From positions 2,123,918 through 2,187,917 of the forward strand of contig MU004188.1 of NCBI GenBank assembly GCA_010093605.1: a DNA stretch of 64,000 nt, read 5' to 3'. The notes under the pieces are model-generated. The model made no database searches, was not told where the DNA came from, and was given only the letters and a program-made list of their open reading frames with translations. Made by a program: the position numbers and the translations under genes. Shown here piece after piece: positions 24,208 to 37,761 of this stretch (within the stretch, counting starts at the first letter, position 1; each line of letters starts with the position of its first letter). The stretch comes from Lophium mytilinum. Lineage: Eukaryota.

Positions 24208-24897
24208 ATGGGTTTCCTTGAAGGGCTTATCAAGCGACCGAAGACCTCTAAACTCACCCCCGTCATCCAAAGGACCTATAACGAGCCCCAGAAACCGCTC
24301 GCCAACCAGCCCGAGAAGCCGCCTCCGAACCCGTATTTACTAGAGCAGTACAGTACGTCGAGAGACGTCATTTACTGCGCGCAACTGATGCGGCGAATGT
24401 ACTCTCTAGATCTTTCGATTTGGGCCATGGAGGACTCTGCGCCAGAAGATATTCCGAGTCGCGAGGCGATGAAAACTTCAGCGAACGCGCTTTTGGGGGA
24501 GATACGAGACGTCGTGGAAGCGTGGCAGAGAGACATACAAGGGGGATATGGGGGAGCATGGAAGCCAGAGGAGAGAAATCTCATCGATGAGATTTCGAGG
24601 GCTGTGTTGGAGTGTCCGGCGGAGAGATATTTCGTTCCCACAGATGCGCGACCTGCGGGGACGCGGAAGTTGGGAAAGCAGAGAGGCCCCAGTGCCATGG
24701 GAAATTCTACCAATACAGGCGGAGGGAATGGGCATGCCCGTGCATCGATAGCCCTGCCTGAGCTGCATGGAGATACCCGACCGGTAGTGGAACTGGAGGC
24801 TCAGTCATTGCGGTCGTCTAGGCGAGCTCAGATCTTCCGTTCTCTTCGCAACCCCTTGGAAAATCCATCCACTTTGCGCACGACTCAGGCTACCTAG
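24208..24897 (+). CDS. Hypothetical ~229-aa protein with small helical core
   Basis: ORF with ATG at 24208; upstream TATA-like tataaaa at ~24019; helical core LMRRMYSLDLSIWAME...EIRDVVEAW...WKPEERNLIDEI. Confidence 0.65.
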   Translation: MGFLEGLIKRPKTSKLTPVIQRTYNEPQKPLANQPEKPPPNPYLLEQYSTSRDVIYCAQLMRRMYSLDLSIWAMEDSAPEDIPSREAMKTSANALLGEIRDVVEAWQRDIQGGYGGAWKPEERNLIDEISRAVLECPAERYFVPTDARPAGTRKLGKQRGPSAMGNSTNTGGGNGHARASIALPELHGDTRPVVELEAQSLRSSRRAQIFRSLRNPLENPSTLRTTQAT

Positions 24898-27507
24898 GAG
24901 CTCGTACGTAGCAAGTGAGCAGCAGCTTGAAAGGGGACGCCATTGGATTCAACTAATCCTCATTCTCGGCCAAATCGAGTTGTCGATTACTGTGTTAACT
25001 CTGGCGGCTAACAACCTCGCGCGGGCCAACAAATGAATGGAGGTAGACGCTTCATTAATACCTTTGTTCACACCTGAGTCGCCCTTGTACCTCCTATGCA
25101 ACTCTGGGTGCTTATTACGTATCCCACCTAGTGAACCGTGACTATCATACGATCTTCGACGAGGATGCGGTACAGCCTAGACAGCAAGGAAAACCAAGAG
25201 GCACCTCAATGACTATTGATCAATGCAAAACTTTTGGTTTCCTGAGTTTGATGGCTATCCTACGAGCTAAGCAGGGAGGCCAGGAACTCACCCTGGGAAA
25301 TCGATCGGTGACTCGCTCGGTAAAAAGGTTCTCGCGATTCAAATCGGCGCAGTCATGTAAAGGATGACGGAGCGAAGGGAAAAGAGATACGGGATACAAT
25401 AATGAATGGGTCCTGCTAGTACGGTGGTCACGTGGTCGCGAAAGAAGGGACGGAAGAAGCTTGGACCCACGCCTATCCCCACCTCATCCCACCACGCCCC
25501 ATCATGAAAATACTGTACGCGAAGATGGCGTCGATTATTCAAAAAACCTATGCCGGAAGGATCTCCTGTACAGAATTTAGTGTGGTCTCGAAGTCATCTA
25601 CCAGGATCCAGTTCTGAAAGATTCCGGTAAGCAGGCTCAAAGAGCACTCCCCCACGCTGGACATGGAAAGGTGGCACATTCAGAAAGTAACCTATTTCGT
25701 ACGTTTGTTTGTACACTCGCTTGCCTCTGCTTGAACTAACTTACGTTCCGAATGGTCCGAAAGTACTGGTTTCCATCTCGTTTACATTTTCGAAATTGGC
25801 TTCAAGCCCGCATGCAGCGGGGCCGAAATGTACGCAATGCATCATGCTTGCTAAGTATGCTAGCTATTGCATTATCGATGCTCCTCCGATGGTTCGTAGG
25901 CATGTCGCTCGAAACCAGCAGCTACGCCTTGTATTCTGAAATGCATCCGTATCGTGGTCTTCTTACGCACGCCTAGCGAAAATTAGTAAACTGGCCATGT
26001 ATGTAACGCAATTGAGTAGCGATCATCTCCTTCTGCTCCAGAAAGATCCGCTAACGTACAGTGTCTTTTATTTCGTGAACTCATTACGCTAGCCTATTAG
26101 TGACAGGCCGTAGGTCTGGGCATGCTGGTTCACCCCTGCTTGGGGTATCCCACCAAATTTTCGAGCTTCCAAAGGCGACGTCGAGTTTCAAGGAGGGCAT
26201 ATTAGGATGCCTCTTGACCATCTCTACCAGCCAGGCTACCCCCTACAATGGTGTGGGGTAAACAAGACTCAAGCTTCTTCAGTCGAACATGCGACATTAA
26301 ATGTAGTGGCTAAGGCAATGAGAATGGGACTACCTTTAAATACGTTGGTCGCCAACTAGCTGAGCTGTCCCCTATAGTGGCATCGAGTGAGTATTATCGA
26401 AGCTGAGTAGTGACAAATCCGGGAGCCCAGACTTGTGGTCTAGCACTGTACTTAAACAACTTTTGCGAGGGTATTAGCTACGATATCACTACTGAGTTCG
26501 TAGTGATATTCATTATGTTTCCACTCTCATAAATACTAGCAGCATTATACAGTGTTGACAACAAATCAATAGAGCAAATGCCAATCATCACGTTTCTATA
26601 CATCGATCAACTTCATCTCCACTATCACCGTTGACACGCCGACAGCGAAGCTCCTTCCAGTCACGAGACTCTCATTATTGCTCCAGGATGTGCTAACGGG
26701 AGATGGCAGTCTCTTCGGCCTCGGCTTCCTATTGGCTAGAATCAAGAGTCACGCTCATTTCACGGGATACGGTCCGTGCGGCGAACCCATCCGGGTATAA
26801 ATGTTGGATTATGACAATCACCCACAGCAATCAATGCTAGTAGCAAACAGGGTCGCTCCATGTACATAAAATAGCGTCCCAACTCAATATCAGATGCTAC
26901 GGCCTGCAATTAACAATAAAGAACCCTTCTTCGACGGCCCAAATCTGGACCTCGACAACAATCTCGACAACATTCTTGATCTCTCTTCGACCTTTCTTTC
27001 TCGTCTCCCTAGAATCATCTCTCTTCCCAAGTCAGTCTCTCTACTCCCCAGCTTGTATCATCCACTTTCTCTTCCCTCGATTACATCATCCGCTTCCTTT
27101 TTCCACTTCCCCGCCCTTACATCTTCCCTCACACCATTCACTACTAACCCAACCCCACCGTTTACATATCCCACTGCCATTCTATTCCAGCTAAACATTC
27201 CCTAGTCACTGCGATCCCTAAGGCACTTCATCCTCCCCCATCACGATACCGGTCAACACACATCCACAACGTACTCGGCATCCTTCCACAGTATCACATC
27301 AACATGAGAGGTTGTCTAGCTCCTCCCACACTACCATGTACCGTATGAGGTCCTCCAGTATGTTATTAGAGATCGGAAAAGTGCAACGTTAACGCAAATC
27401 ATAGCTTGGCGGCCCACCTCATACAGCGTCGAACGGACTGCAATTCCACGTCCGACTGAGCCTGATCTTCACTCTTCACGTTGCGCCACCACGGATCAAG
27501 AGCCACG

Positions 27508-29122
27508 ATGTCTCAACTCCTCATGGATCATCAGGATTCCGCTCAAAAGCATACAGCGCCTTCAAGAAAGCGAGTAAGTTGTGACTATGACTGCCTTTAC
27601 CTACTATAGTGCTGACCATATCTAGAAGATTAAGGACCTTCAAGGCTGTTCGGACTGCCCTCATTGCTTTAGAGTAGGATTCAAGATTCTAGACGCCTTA
27701 CGCCAGCACGTTCTGGGCCACCCAGGAATGGACAATGGCTGCAGAGACAAGTTTGCTACGGCTCGTGCACCACATCAACGACCACTCCTCATTCCAACTC
27801 GCTCTTCAGCCCGGTCGCAATCTAGTGCCTCGTCGGATAATTTAGTCTATAGGGTATTCCGTACTCCATACAATAACGGCATACTCCCGGCTCAAGCGTC
27901 CCCCGCGCAACCTCCGCCGAAGCGAATTCAAGTCGGGTTATATCCTAGCTAATTAGTGGACTCACCTTTAGCTCTGGTCCCTACTGAGCACAAGGAGGCG
28001 TATAGGTCTGCGGCTAGCGATGGGGCCGTGCCACGCTCTGTTTCAGAGTCCTCCGCCCGCTTTGTAGATACACCAGCGAAGATGGAGCCGAAGTGTTTGG
28101 AACGTGTTTTAGTAGCCTTGCATGAGAAGACTGCTAATCTACCTTCATCTACTTCCGCGTTAGAGTGTTTAGACTGTCTTTCTGCAGACATCCCTCGGGA
28201 TTCTACTGATCTACATCTATCTACGTCTGCCTCTGGGAGTGCTACAGGTGATACACTGGGTGGTCGCGGTAAGTCCCTTCAAAAACGAGCTCCTCCTCGT
28301 CAAGTCTCCACGCAAGCTCCGCCGATGCGAAACCACGTCGGGCCCTCTTATGGCTAATCTGTGAACCTACCTTCAGCTTCGGTCCCTACTCAACTCGAGG
28401 AGGCGTATTGGTCTGCGGATAGTAAGGGCGTCGTGCCACGCACCGTATTAGAATCATCCGCCCGCCTTGGAGGAGATACACCGGCGAACATGGGAACAGA
28501 GTGTCTCGTCCGTGCTTTAGCAGGGGAGCCTGCTGATCTACCTCCAGATATCTCTTTATCGGCACGTTTGGTCGGTGTTCCAGCAGCCATCCCTCGGGAG
28601 CCTGCCGGTCTACCTCCATCTGCGCCTGCATCTGGGAATGCTAAAGGTAATACATAGAGAGGCCGTGGTGGGGTCCTACGCGGGGACGCTAGGCAAGCAG
28701 CGCCTCCATTTCACAACACGGCGCCGCTGCGGTACGTTGAGCAGTTCCTTTCAGCTGGGCGATTCAACGAGACTATCCAGCAGCAGTTCCTTCGCGAGCC
28801 TGAAACCATTTCGGAACTTCGCCGTCGACTAACTCTGAACATGACGCCCGCAAATCGCATGATCCTGCTCGTCGTGAATTCAGCAAGAGACTACAGCGCC
28901 AGGAGCTCTCAACATCAAGAAGATGTGGCTTCCCAGATTGTGCGATGGATAGTCAGTTCGGGCACGGACGCATTCTCTTGTCAGTACTTAGAAGCCCTTG
29001 CAACATTCGACGACTTAGTAGTAGCATTGGCAAGACACCTCGAGGGCCGACTGCTGCACTCCTCCAACCCCCGGTTGCTGAACAATGAGATAAATGTGTT
29101 GATTGCAGGCCGTAGCGTCTGA
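27508..29122 (+). pseudogene. Family B copy B1: Zn-finger-like N-terminus, internal duplication, C-terminal family-B domain; three in-frame stops
   Basis: ATG 27508, one intron, CPHCFRVGFKILDALRQHVLGHPGMDNGCRD. ORFs at 27728, 27956, 28361 and 28841 share one frame, separated by TAA 27950-52, TAA 28355-57 and TAG 28655-57. Ends ETISELRRRL..IVRW..FDDLVVALARHLE. Confidence 0.7.
27890..28680 (+). repeat. Diverged direct tandem duplication, ~405-bp period
   Basis: Peptides LVPTEHKEAYRSAASDGAVPRSVSESSARF and SVPTQLEEAYWSADSKGVVPRTVLESSARL, and matching DNA, recur 405 bp apart. Confidence 0.85.
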
Positions 29123-31289
29123 TATTAGGTGGAAGGCTAGCTAATATACAGGAACGGACCAAAGTTTGCTACCGTGATTGCTTGTTGTGGTGATTGTCTT
29201 AATCCAACAAAATGGATTTGTGCGCGAGTACGGACCACGACTCTACTGGGATACGATGGACGCGCTCTACAACGCCGGCTATGGTCTGGCTCGCTCTGGT
29301 ACTCTTCTCCACCACGCCGATGATGACCCCGTTGATCGTAAGTGACTTCGTCTTTAGATCTAGAAGATGCTAACAAATAGCCAGAGACAGACAAGGAATA
29401 ACGGGAGTAGCAGAAACGGGTTTGCTGATCAAGTGTCTGGTATCGGTCGTCTTGGAGGTGGTAGGAATTAGAGGCTGTCAGGGAGTAGCGGTGAAGGCTA
29501 CGGCAGGCACGTGTTCTCTCTTGTATATAGCCTTACCTCCTCCAGACCTCTTCTCTCCTACATCAATTATCATTCATCCAATACATCACGTACACGGCCT
29601 ATAGCTTCTTATTCCGTGACAAAAACTCTGTTTGGGAGCATTGTCCGTCTCGCTTATGCTTTGCAAGTCAAGCCGTTATGTTTGTACAGGTGAAGCCCAG
29701 CCTTCTCCAATCCACTGTACCTACGCACCGGCGCACTTGTTGGGACAACCATCCGATAAACCTTGATAAACGTCTTTTCTTCCTCTGTCTTCCCATCTGA
29801 ATAAGCGGACACCTTGCAGCGTGCTAGCGAAGTCTGACTTCCCAAGGACAGATGTTCCCGCATTTTAGCGCCATGTAGAAGCTCAAAACATTAGGCCCGG
29901 TACCAGATCGCACTGCGCGTTCCTCCTAAACGTCAATGGTACTAGACTAACAAAAGCATCCATTCCTGCGTCTTGCTATGGACAGTCGAAGAGCCTATGC
30001 TAGCAACCAAACTTTGTAGCAATCAATCTGGCGTCTTATCAAACATTTCAGCGTGTGAGTTTTGGGTCCTCGAAAATCAAACGTCTTCCACCTCTGAGCA
30101 AACTGTCCACTGCTGTTTCTACTTCTTTGGAGATCTTGCTAGATAGTTGACTGCACAGCCGGGGCACGTCTGTGCTGATAGTCACCACATGCCAGCTGTA
30201 GGACATCAGTACTTCTATATACCAGTAATTACCAGCCTTAATACAGCTCGACGATAATCAGCGTTATTAACGGTTGGTGATGTTCATCTCTTTCCACTAG
30301 ACATGCTGTTAATCCAGCTTTTCGAAGCCAATACGTAGGATATTGAACTCTAACGCGCTCAAATGCGGCTTCTTATTGGCTTCCTCTTTCATTACGTTCA
30401 GCTCACGAGGCATACCCTGAGCGTCACCCCCCAGGGAAAGAGTATAAAAAGCTACCGCTTAGCTCTAAAGTTCTGAGCTCGTTCATCAAGATCTTCTCGA
30501 CAACAATATCCTACGTCTCCTGTCAGCCCGTTCTTTCTCTACGAATTTTCTCTCTTTCATGTCCCTGCGTATCTTGATTGTCCTTCCTTGCCACACACGC
30601 CTTTCACTGTTGGAGTGTTATAATATCGTTTATTTTCCGGTCCCCCTGATCTTAGGTAGGGCGTGCTTTTTCATCTAACATTCACTATCTGCCTAACTAC
30701 TGGCCCCGCGTACCTAGCAGCGGGCAAGCTTCGGCTCGCGACGGCTCCTTTCTGGGCTAGCGCCTTGGCGACATTTTGGGCAACCAACATAAATACACCT
30801 CACCTCACCTTGCCCTCGACAAGCTTCTTCCTCCACACTCTCTTTACCCTCACCACCCTCCCCTCTGCTCTATTCCCTCCTCGTACCACTCCATCTGTCA
30901 GTGCCCTATTGCAACCTAGGTAGTATCCTCCCCCCTTTCACTAACCTCGCACTCAGACCAAAACACCCACCCTCGACCCCGACAAAACCCGACAGGCACA
31001 ACACACCCCTACCTAGGATCTTGGCTTGTACTTTACCTCACCTCTGGACTTCGTAAGTTTACCCTCGCCGATGCAGGTCCCAGACGCGTCGATATCAAGT
31101 CAGTCCTCTCACTGACGTAGATCGAAGCGACCCATCATACGAGTCGCGACAACGAAGCGGCACCTGCACACTCTTCTCTTCTCGGTTCACTTGATTCTCG
31201 CCATCTTGTAAGTCTGTCCTTGCCGCTGCCGCAGTCTCACGAGCGTCGCTCAGCTTGTTCCTATTGCTAACTCAAACTTGTAGACCACG

Positions 31290-32810
31290 ATGAGTAATAA
31301 CGATCGCCTACGTCGTCCCTGGAAAGGGAAGCGGCCGCCTCAACCAACAGTCAGTGAATCATTCACTCAGCTCAGCATAGGCACTAACGCTCTCCAGGGG
31401 CAAGCAGATACTCCGGGATACTACCGGCATTACCTTTGTGGGCAGAGTTTCTCCAATCTCCAGGCAGTGGCAGACCATCATTATGGACCGCGCAATCGGA
31501 AGAGGGGCTGCCGTGACCGTTACAACGATCCTCACAATGACGCTCCGTAAGCACCTCCATCATATGTCCAATTTGATCCCTAACTAAGCCATCATCCTCT
31601 TAGATGGCGAGACCCAACCTGCCAACGAACGGACCACTATTCACCACCTTCAAGAAATCGAGTCAACCACGCGCGAGCCGAGCCCACCGGACGGGAACTT
31701 TTCGCGCGCCAGAACCGGAGCGAGGACGCTACATTGGCTCCGGGCACCTTCCCACCACAATGGGGGGCTAAGGCACTTGAAGGTCAGGAACGTGCGCAAG
31801 CGCAATCCGATCCCATAGTCATAGCTTGCGTCTCTGGCGTTATCCTTGGGAAGACCGGCGAAGATGAAACAGAGCCATCGTCGTCTCATCGTTCGAGGAA
31901 GGATACTCCGCTGGGGCTCTCTGAGCTCCATGATGATCGTTCTTCGGAGGATGCAGAGAGGATGAAAGAGTCAGTGCGTTGTGGTTATCGTTCGATGGAG
32001 GATGGTCAGCCGGATCATCGTTCATCGGAGGATAACTCCGCCCGAACCCAATCGTGCTTGGGTACTCCCAACAGGATTGCTGTGGATTCTGGAACGGCAA
32101 ATATTGCAACCTCCTACGGTCATGGAGCCCGAGAAAGACCTGTTCAGGACGAGGCGAGCGCACCCGGCGGTCCCGGAGGCCGTCGGGAACCACGTCCACA
32201 GCTCCCAAGGACGGACCAGCTCTTCTTGTCGGCATCAATTCAGAGATCTGAGCTTTCGCAAATTCAGCTTACCGCCGGAGAGACCATGGAGGAACTTCAA
32301 GAGCGCTTGGCTAGATCACAACGACCCCAGGATAGGGCAGTGATTATTCTGATTCAAGTCGCCATCTCCTTTGCTGCAAGAGGCCTCGATCAAGAGTCTA
32401 ATGTCACGGATTCCATTGTCAAATGGATGGCTCCAGATATGGACGCCCTTCAGCTAGCCTACTTCAGGCTGAATCCTGGATTTGAGAACCTAGTGTTGGG
32501 ATTGGCAAAACACATTGAGATCAAAATCTTCTTCTCGGATTATCCCCCGGACGTTTTTCACGACATGCAAAAATTTGTCCGTCGTTATGGAGATCTCGGC
32601 CCTCACTTGGATGCGATGGACGACATCGTCAACACCGAAGACAACTATGTTAGCAATCATCCTCCTCGTCCCGAAGCTTGGCAATTCCCTCCTGCCCGTC
32701 CAAATGACGGTAGGAAACGAGCTCCTTCCCAACATAACAACATTCCCGGAAAGAGGGTGAAGCAGGAACCGGAGAATGAGGACCATGGCCCTGTGATCGA
32801 GATCGACTGA
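31290..32810 (+). CDS. Family B copy B2: Zn-finger-like N-terminus + family-B domain
   Basis: HYLCGQSFSNLQAVADHHYG..GCRDR; intron ~31547-31603 joins it to the 31734 ORF; ETMEELQERL..IVKWMAP..FENLVLGLAKHIE..DMQKFVRRYG. Confidence 0.8.
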
Positions 32811-34016
32811 TTCTCCCAACCAACTCAGATTCCTTGGGCATGGTCTTACATGCAGTTTCTTTGTCTGTGTTCCAAGGCGTGGGTCTTCTCTTGTACTCTA
32901 CACTCTCATGCTGTTTAAGCGTTGATCACAGCACTCTTCTGTAGCACTCTTTCCCCCACCAGATATACGAGCCTACTACGCTCTGGTGGTGGTTTTAACG
33001 AGGTTACCGTTCCCTAGCTGAAAACTTGTCCCTGATGCATTGTGATCGTGATATGTATGCAGAATGTGAATATTGCGTGCTGGAATAGAATACACGCTCA
33101 AAGATTCCTAGGGTGGAGGATTCGCGGCACTAGGCATAGCGGCATGTTTCCTCGCCGCGCGTGGGCTAGTTTGAGACACGGTAAAGCTTTCACAGGCAGT
33201 ACGCTTACTTATTCTCCATGGGAATCAACACAAGGCTCATCAAGCCCCTGGATACTCCTAGTCTTGCACCTTTGAATCTACCCAAGCCCCACGCTTAGCA
33301 AACAATCGATACATTCCATGTGTTTCCCCATCACTCTATCAGCTGTGAGGCGCTGCTCATGAGTCTACACGGCCCTCAGGTCCTTCGCTGTGTCTGCTAG
33401 GTGAAGGGCCCGAGAATTTGGCTTTGGTGGCATTTCCGGGAACAATGAAGATGCCATCAACCGGCCAGGAGGAGTCGCGGTCTATTCGAGGTGCTAAAGA
33501 AGTTTGGGAAAAGTTCAGGAAAATCTAGCGAGTTTTGGAAGCTTGATTTGCGGCGCACGGCGTCTTTGGTGACGTTGGCTGGGGTACCAAAGCCGTGTAT
33601 GTGTGCGCTAGATGCAGTTTGCTCTTCTGAGTCGACGCAAAATCGGTCGTAGTAGGAGGATAATTACGACTGCGGATCTATTGGGGGTTAGGTTTGATTC
33701 CGTCGTTTTCTTCTCTCGTCGACGTCACTTCGGCCCGGCCTGCACATTCAATTATTGGTGGAGTGTGCCAGATGTTTTTCGCGACACGTGAGTGCTGAAT
33801 CGAGGTCGGAAAGAACGTGACCGATATTGCAAAGGATTAGTTGAAGCGCTAGATTAGAGGTGGGGCTACTTAGTCAATGCTTCGAGGCGAGGTGAGTGAA
33901 ATAGTGATTGAAATAGTGAAGGACGTAATATCAGTCCGAGGAAGTCGACTTCTCTACAACTCACCACCACCACCGAACACCCAACAGCCTCATATTCTAC
34001 AGGATCGTCCTTCCAG

Positions 34017-34705
34017 ATGACAACCACGTGAGTTTCTAAATCTATTGAGAGAACAGCACATGCTAATGCTAAGGCGAAAGAAGCACCTCCACGGTGGACG
34101 GGCAGACCGAACTGCCTGGAGCTGCGCAGCGAGATTCGGCGACCCGATCTATCTATAGGGTTCCTGTCGGAGAGCCTGCCACCGACACGCTTTTCAGCAA
34201 CACCTTCCAACCTGAGGATGGGGTCGAATTGCCCCGGGTCACCCTGGCCACCGATGGCGAGTCGCTTAAACGTCTCTACAACCGCCTTATGACAGACCAG
34301 TCCCCTGAAAACTGCATGTCCTACTTGATGCTATCCGTGGCATCCGACATTGCTTCTGCGGGAGATTCGATGAGATATGTGGAGGTCCAGGCATACATCG
34401 CAAAGTGGATGCTTCCCAAGCTGAGCACAATCGAACTCGTCTACTTTGCTGCGATCAACAACTTCAACGACCTTCTGGTGGCAGTGCTTGCAAAGCTGGA
34501 AGACGAAGACGAAGAAGCCGTCGCGTTGGGCGAGATGCTTGTCTTCGTTATGAAGTTCGGTGACTACTGGCAGAAGCACAACTTCATGAACGCGTACCGG
34601 GAATATAACGGCATAGAGGCGATCGGCGGGAACGTGCGGGCACAGTCTCGCAACGAGAATACCGGGAATGAGGGCAGTGAGAGCCAGGAGGGCAATGAGA
34701 TCTAG
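34017..34705 (+). CDS. Family B copy B3
   Basis: ATG 34017 plus a short intron joins the 34094 ORF; ESLKRLYNRL..IAKWMLPKL..FNDLLVAVLAKLE..GEMLVFVMKFG. Confidence 0.8.
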
Positions 34706-35211
34706 GGAGCTGCGCGCTCAATCTACAGAAGACTGGTTTCGCGGAGCTTTGTGGAGCCGGCAATGATGTTCGAAAGCATTGTTGGGATTTCGGGCTCTGG
34801 ATTCTCTAGTGCATATCACCAGATTACGGAGTCTTTTTTTCCCACTGTGGCGGTTTCCCTTCCGGTAAGCCTAGCATATAGAAAGTCGTCAAGGCGGCTT
34901 CACCCTTGGCTCGTAACAACAATGCTTTAGATGGCACTCAGGGACATCATACTCCAGATAGGTTGCGTGTTGTGTTATGCTTACAGATCTGCGTGTACCT
35001 TTCTCCACTACTTAGTCTAGTGGATGTCCTACTCGACTTTCCGCTGCTGTCAAACTTCCTCTTTCGTATAATCAGTATACTTTTAGGGGCGTCGTCTTAT
35101 TTAAGATCTCTTCTCAACTCCCGCACACCCACTATTCAATTGTGTTGTGAACACTGCGAACTCTCAACCCACACTTTGACACAACGAGTCTAACGAGCGT
35201 CAGCATCCAGA

Positions 35212-35754
35212 ATGTATCGTGCAAACCACCAGACGTATGCCGATCCTGGGTATCGAACTATTCAATGTTCGGAGCCGCTGCAGCAGGTAAGACCACGGAC
35301 AGTTGCCTCAAGGGAGATTTTAACCTAAGATCCAGCAGACTTGGGAGCATCAACTTCGTGAGTGTGGAATTATATCTCTTCGCGGCGTCGGCAAGCACCA
35401 TTCCACAGCCTTCAAAGGGATTGCCATGTTCGAAATCACCACGCTGCGAGTTGCCGCTACCCGAGAACAGTCTAGGAGCTTCGATGGAGAGTCCATCTTC
35501 CCTAATGAAGAAGATGTGATTCCCCCTTCTCTAACGATCTATTCATCCCAAAGCAGATGATGCGCTGTTGGTCACGGGTCCATACCGACAGTAGATATTT
35601 AAGGCGTGACGTTCGTCGTAAGATCTGGCACGCAATGGCAGACATACGAGGTCATGAAGCTCTCCAAGAATTTCATGCCGTTCCGTTGGCGGATATGGAA
35701 GATATCCATGACATGTCTCATCATCCGGAGGCTCTACTCTTTCAGGGCGTCTGA
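35212..35754 (+). pseudogene. Family B copy B4, heavily decayed
   Basis: Fragments in different frames: VELYLFAASA (cf. MYYLLISAA) and VTFVVRSGTQWQ (cf. MVTFVMGFG / FVMKFGDYWQ). Boundaries approximate. Confidence 0.4.
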
Positions 35755-36632
35755 GCTAGTCTTCACTATGTTGACATTCACGCTGTATTTGAAGTTCTAG
35801 AGGTTCGTTGGAGTTGCCCAAGCAGTAGCAAACATGTGTGCGCAAGTTGAATTTATGTATGAAGACACCGCGACATTACGGTGTCTCATCATTGATTTGT
35901 GGACAGTTCCAGGTCATAAGTTCAGGTATCCTGATATCTCACTAGCTAGGCCTCACCTCTGCTCCCTTGGTGCCACAGTTAGCACTATCTCTACAACGAT
36001 GTGGTGCTCTAACAAGCTCGTGAGAATCTCGAGAATTGCGCAGCACGGCTAAATCTGGATATCCATCAGCCACCGCCTGAGGTGGCCCGACAAACTTGCT
36101 AAGTGTTACAATCAGCACAGCGGAGAATTTTACATGTGCATCGAATAAATTCAAGGAGGAGCAAAGAGGTGTACACCGAAGTGTATCGCGTTGTCCTACT
36201 AGGACTCTCGATTCGCCCAGTCAACCTGGGAACGTCAAGATTTGAGACTGAAATTCCACTACGCGCTCCATCATCAAACTCCCCGATCTCCGTCCTTCTT
36301 CCACCTTCTCCTACCACACTTCTAAACTGCCGCCTTCTTACCACTCATCCTGAAACTCACATCCTCCGCAAACCACCGCCCACTATTTTGAATCGCAGCA
36401 AGCGTTCGCCTGTCTTTTCACTGTTCAGTCTCGTCCTCGATACTCTATTCCGAGCCTCGAACATTCCATTCTTCCACAGCAATCTTTTCACCGCCAAGCT
36501 GGGTCGCAACGGAAGCTCTGCTAACCCGGCCCAGCCGTCGTTTTCTCCACTCCAGTCAAGGTACGCTTGTACCTTCTTTATTCCTGAGAACCACTTCTAA
36601 CGTCAGCCCACAGCATCGCATCCTCCTCTACC

Positions 36633-37292
36633 ATGCCCATTCAGCGCCCCCGCTGGATGAGCAGCACACCGCCCCTTCCACAAGGCACCCAGTATCCCGG
36701 CGAGGGTGAGCCGGTAGTCTTCGCCGCTCGTACCTACTCCCACCACCCCCATGGCGAGACCTTCGACGACATCTCCTCCGACCTCAGCGAGCTCTGCCTC
36801 CGCGTCATGAACACCCCCCACAAGCTCTGGAGCTGCATGTACTACTTGCTCATCTCCGCCGCCTGTGTCCACGGCGCAAAAGGCGTGGACGAATGCGACG
36901 AGATCATCGACTACCTCAACCTCTGGCTACGGCCGATGTGCACCGGCCTCGAATGGGAATACGTTCATGAAATCCGGTATAATTTCGCAAAGTTGGTGGT
37001 GGCGATGGTGCGGAAGCTGGAGGACGAGCGAGATAGGCGCAGCGCGATGTTTGCGTTTGGCGATATGGTGACGTTTGTCATGGGTTTCGGTGGGGTGCAT
37101 CATCGGAGGAACGCTATATGGTTGCATGCGATGTATATGGATTTGCCGATTGTGGCGCCGTTTGACGACTGTGAGTGGGAGGAGATGCACGAGGACCAGG
37201 ATCAGAGCGAGACTGAGCATGACGTGCTCACGGACTATGAGGGTTTGGAGGACTATGTGGATGAAGAGGAACTGGAAGGATACATGCGGTAA
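36633..37292 (+). CDS. Family B copy B5
   Basis: SDLSELCLRV..LNLWLRP..FAKLVVAMVRKLE..GDMVTFVMGFG; acidic tail. Confidence 0.8.
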   Translation: MPIQRPRWMSSTPPLPQGTQYPGEGEPVVFAARTYSHHPHGETFDDISSDLSELCLRVMNTPHKLWSCMYYLLISAACVHGAKGVDECDEIIDYLNLWLRPMCTGLEWEYVHEIRYNFAKLVVAMVRKLEDERDRRSAMFAFGDMVTFVMGFGGVHHRRNAIWLHAMYMDLPIVAPFDDCEWEEMHEDQDQSETEHDVLTDYEGLEDYVDEEELEGYMR

Positions 37293-37761
37293 AGAGCTGA
37301 CGTGGACTGCTTGGCCCTGATGATCGGAAGGGAAGGTATCCTGAATCAGGGTGTTAATCACAGCATAGCTTGTATCAGAGAGACAAGTGGCTTGGACTAC
37401 AATGAATCAAACTCAACAGAGTCTCGCTCGTTAATTTGGCAGCGATGAGCATGCGACTATCAGTATTCAAGACTGTTCTTTGGAAATGTCCTGAGTTCTC
37501 TGGATGACGCCAAACAGCCCTTTCGACTTGCGCCTTCCCTAGAATTCCATCGAGTGAAAGCACAGCCCACACCAGCGTTTAAAACCTTACTTCCGACCTC
37601 CATGACTTCTCACCTCCAAACACCCCAACGCCAACACCATCCATATCGTGCGCAGACTCTCTTGAGGGAAGTGCAGAGTTGACGACGCTCTGAATAAGGT
37701 CAAACGCTTCTGATAATGTTGAAACCGTAGCTAACTTGTTCGACTTTGCAGCTGTTCGGCC

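Noticed and set aside
26894..27205. 103-aa Ser/Leu/Pro-rich ORF
   Set aside because: Pyrimidine-rich promoter/5'UTR-like DNA upstream of B1; the same applies to 30663-30923 and 36103-36600.
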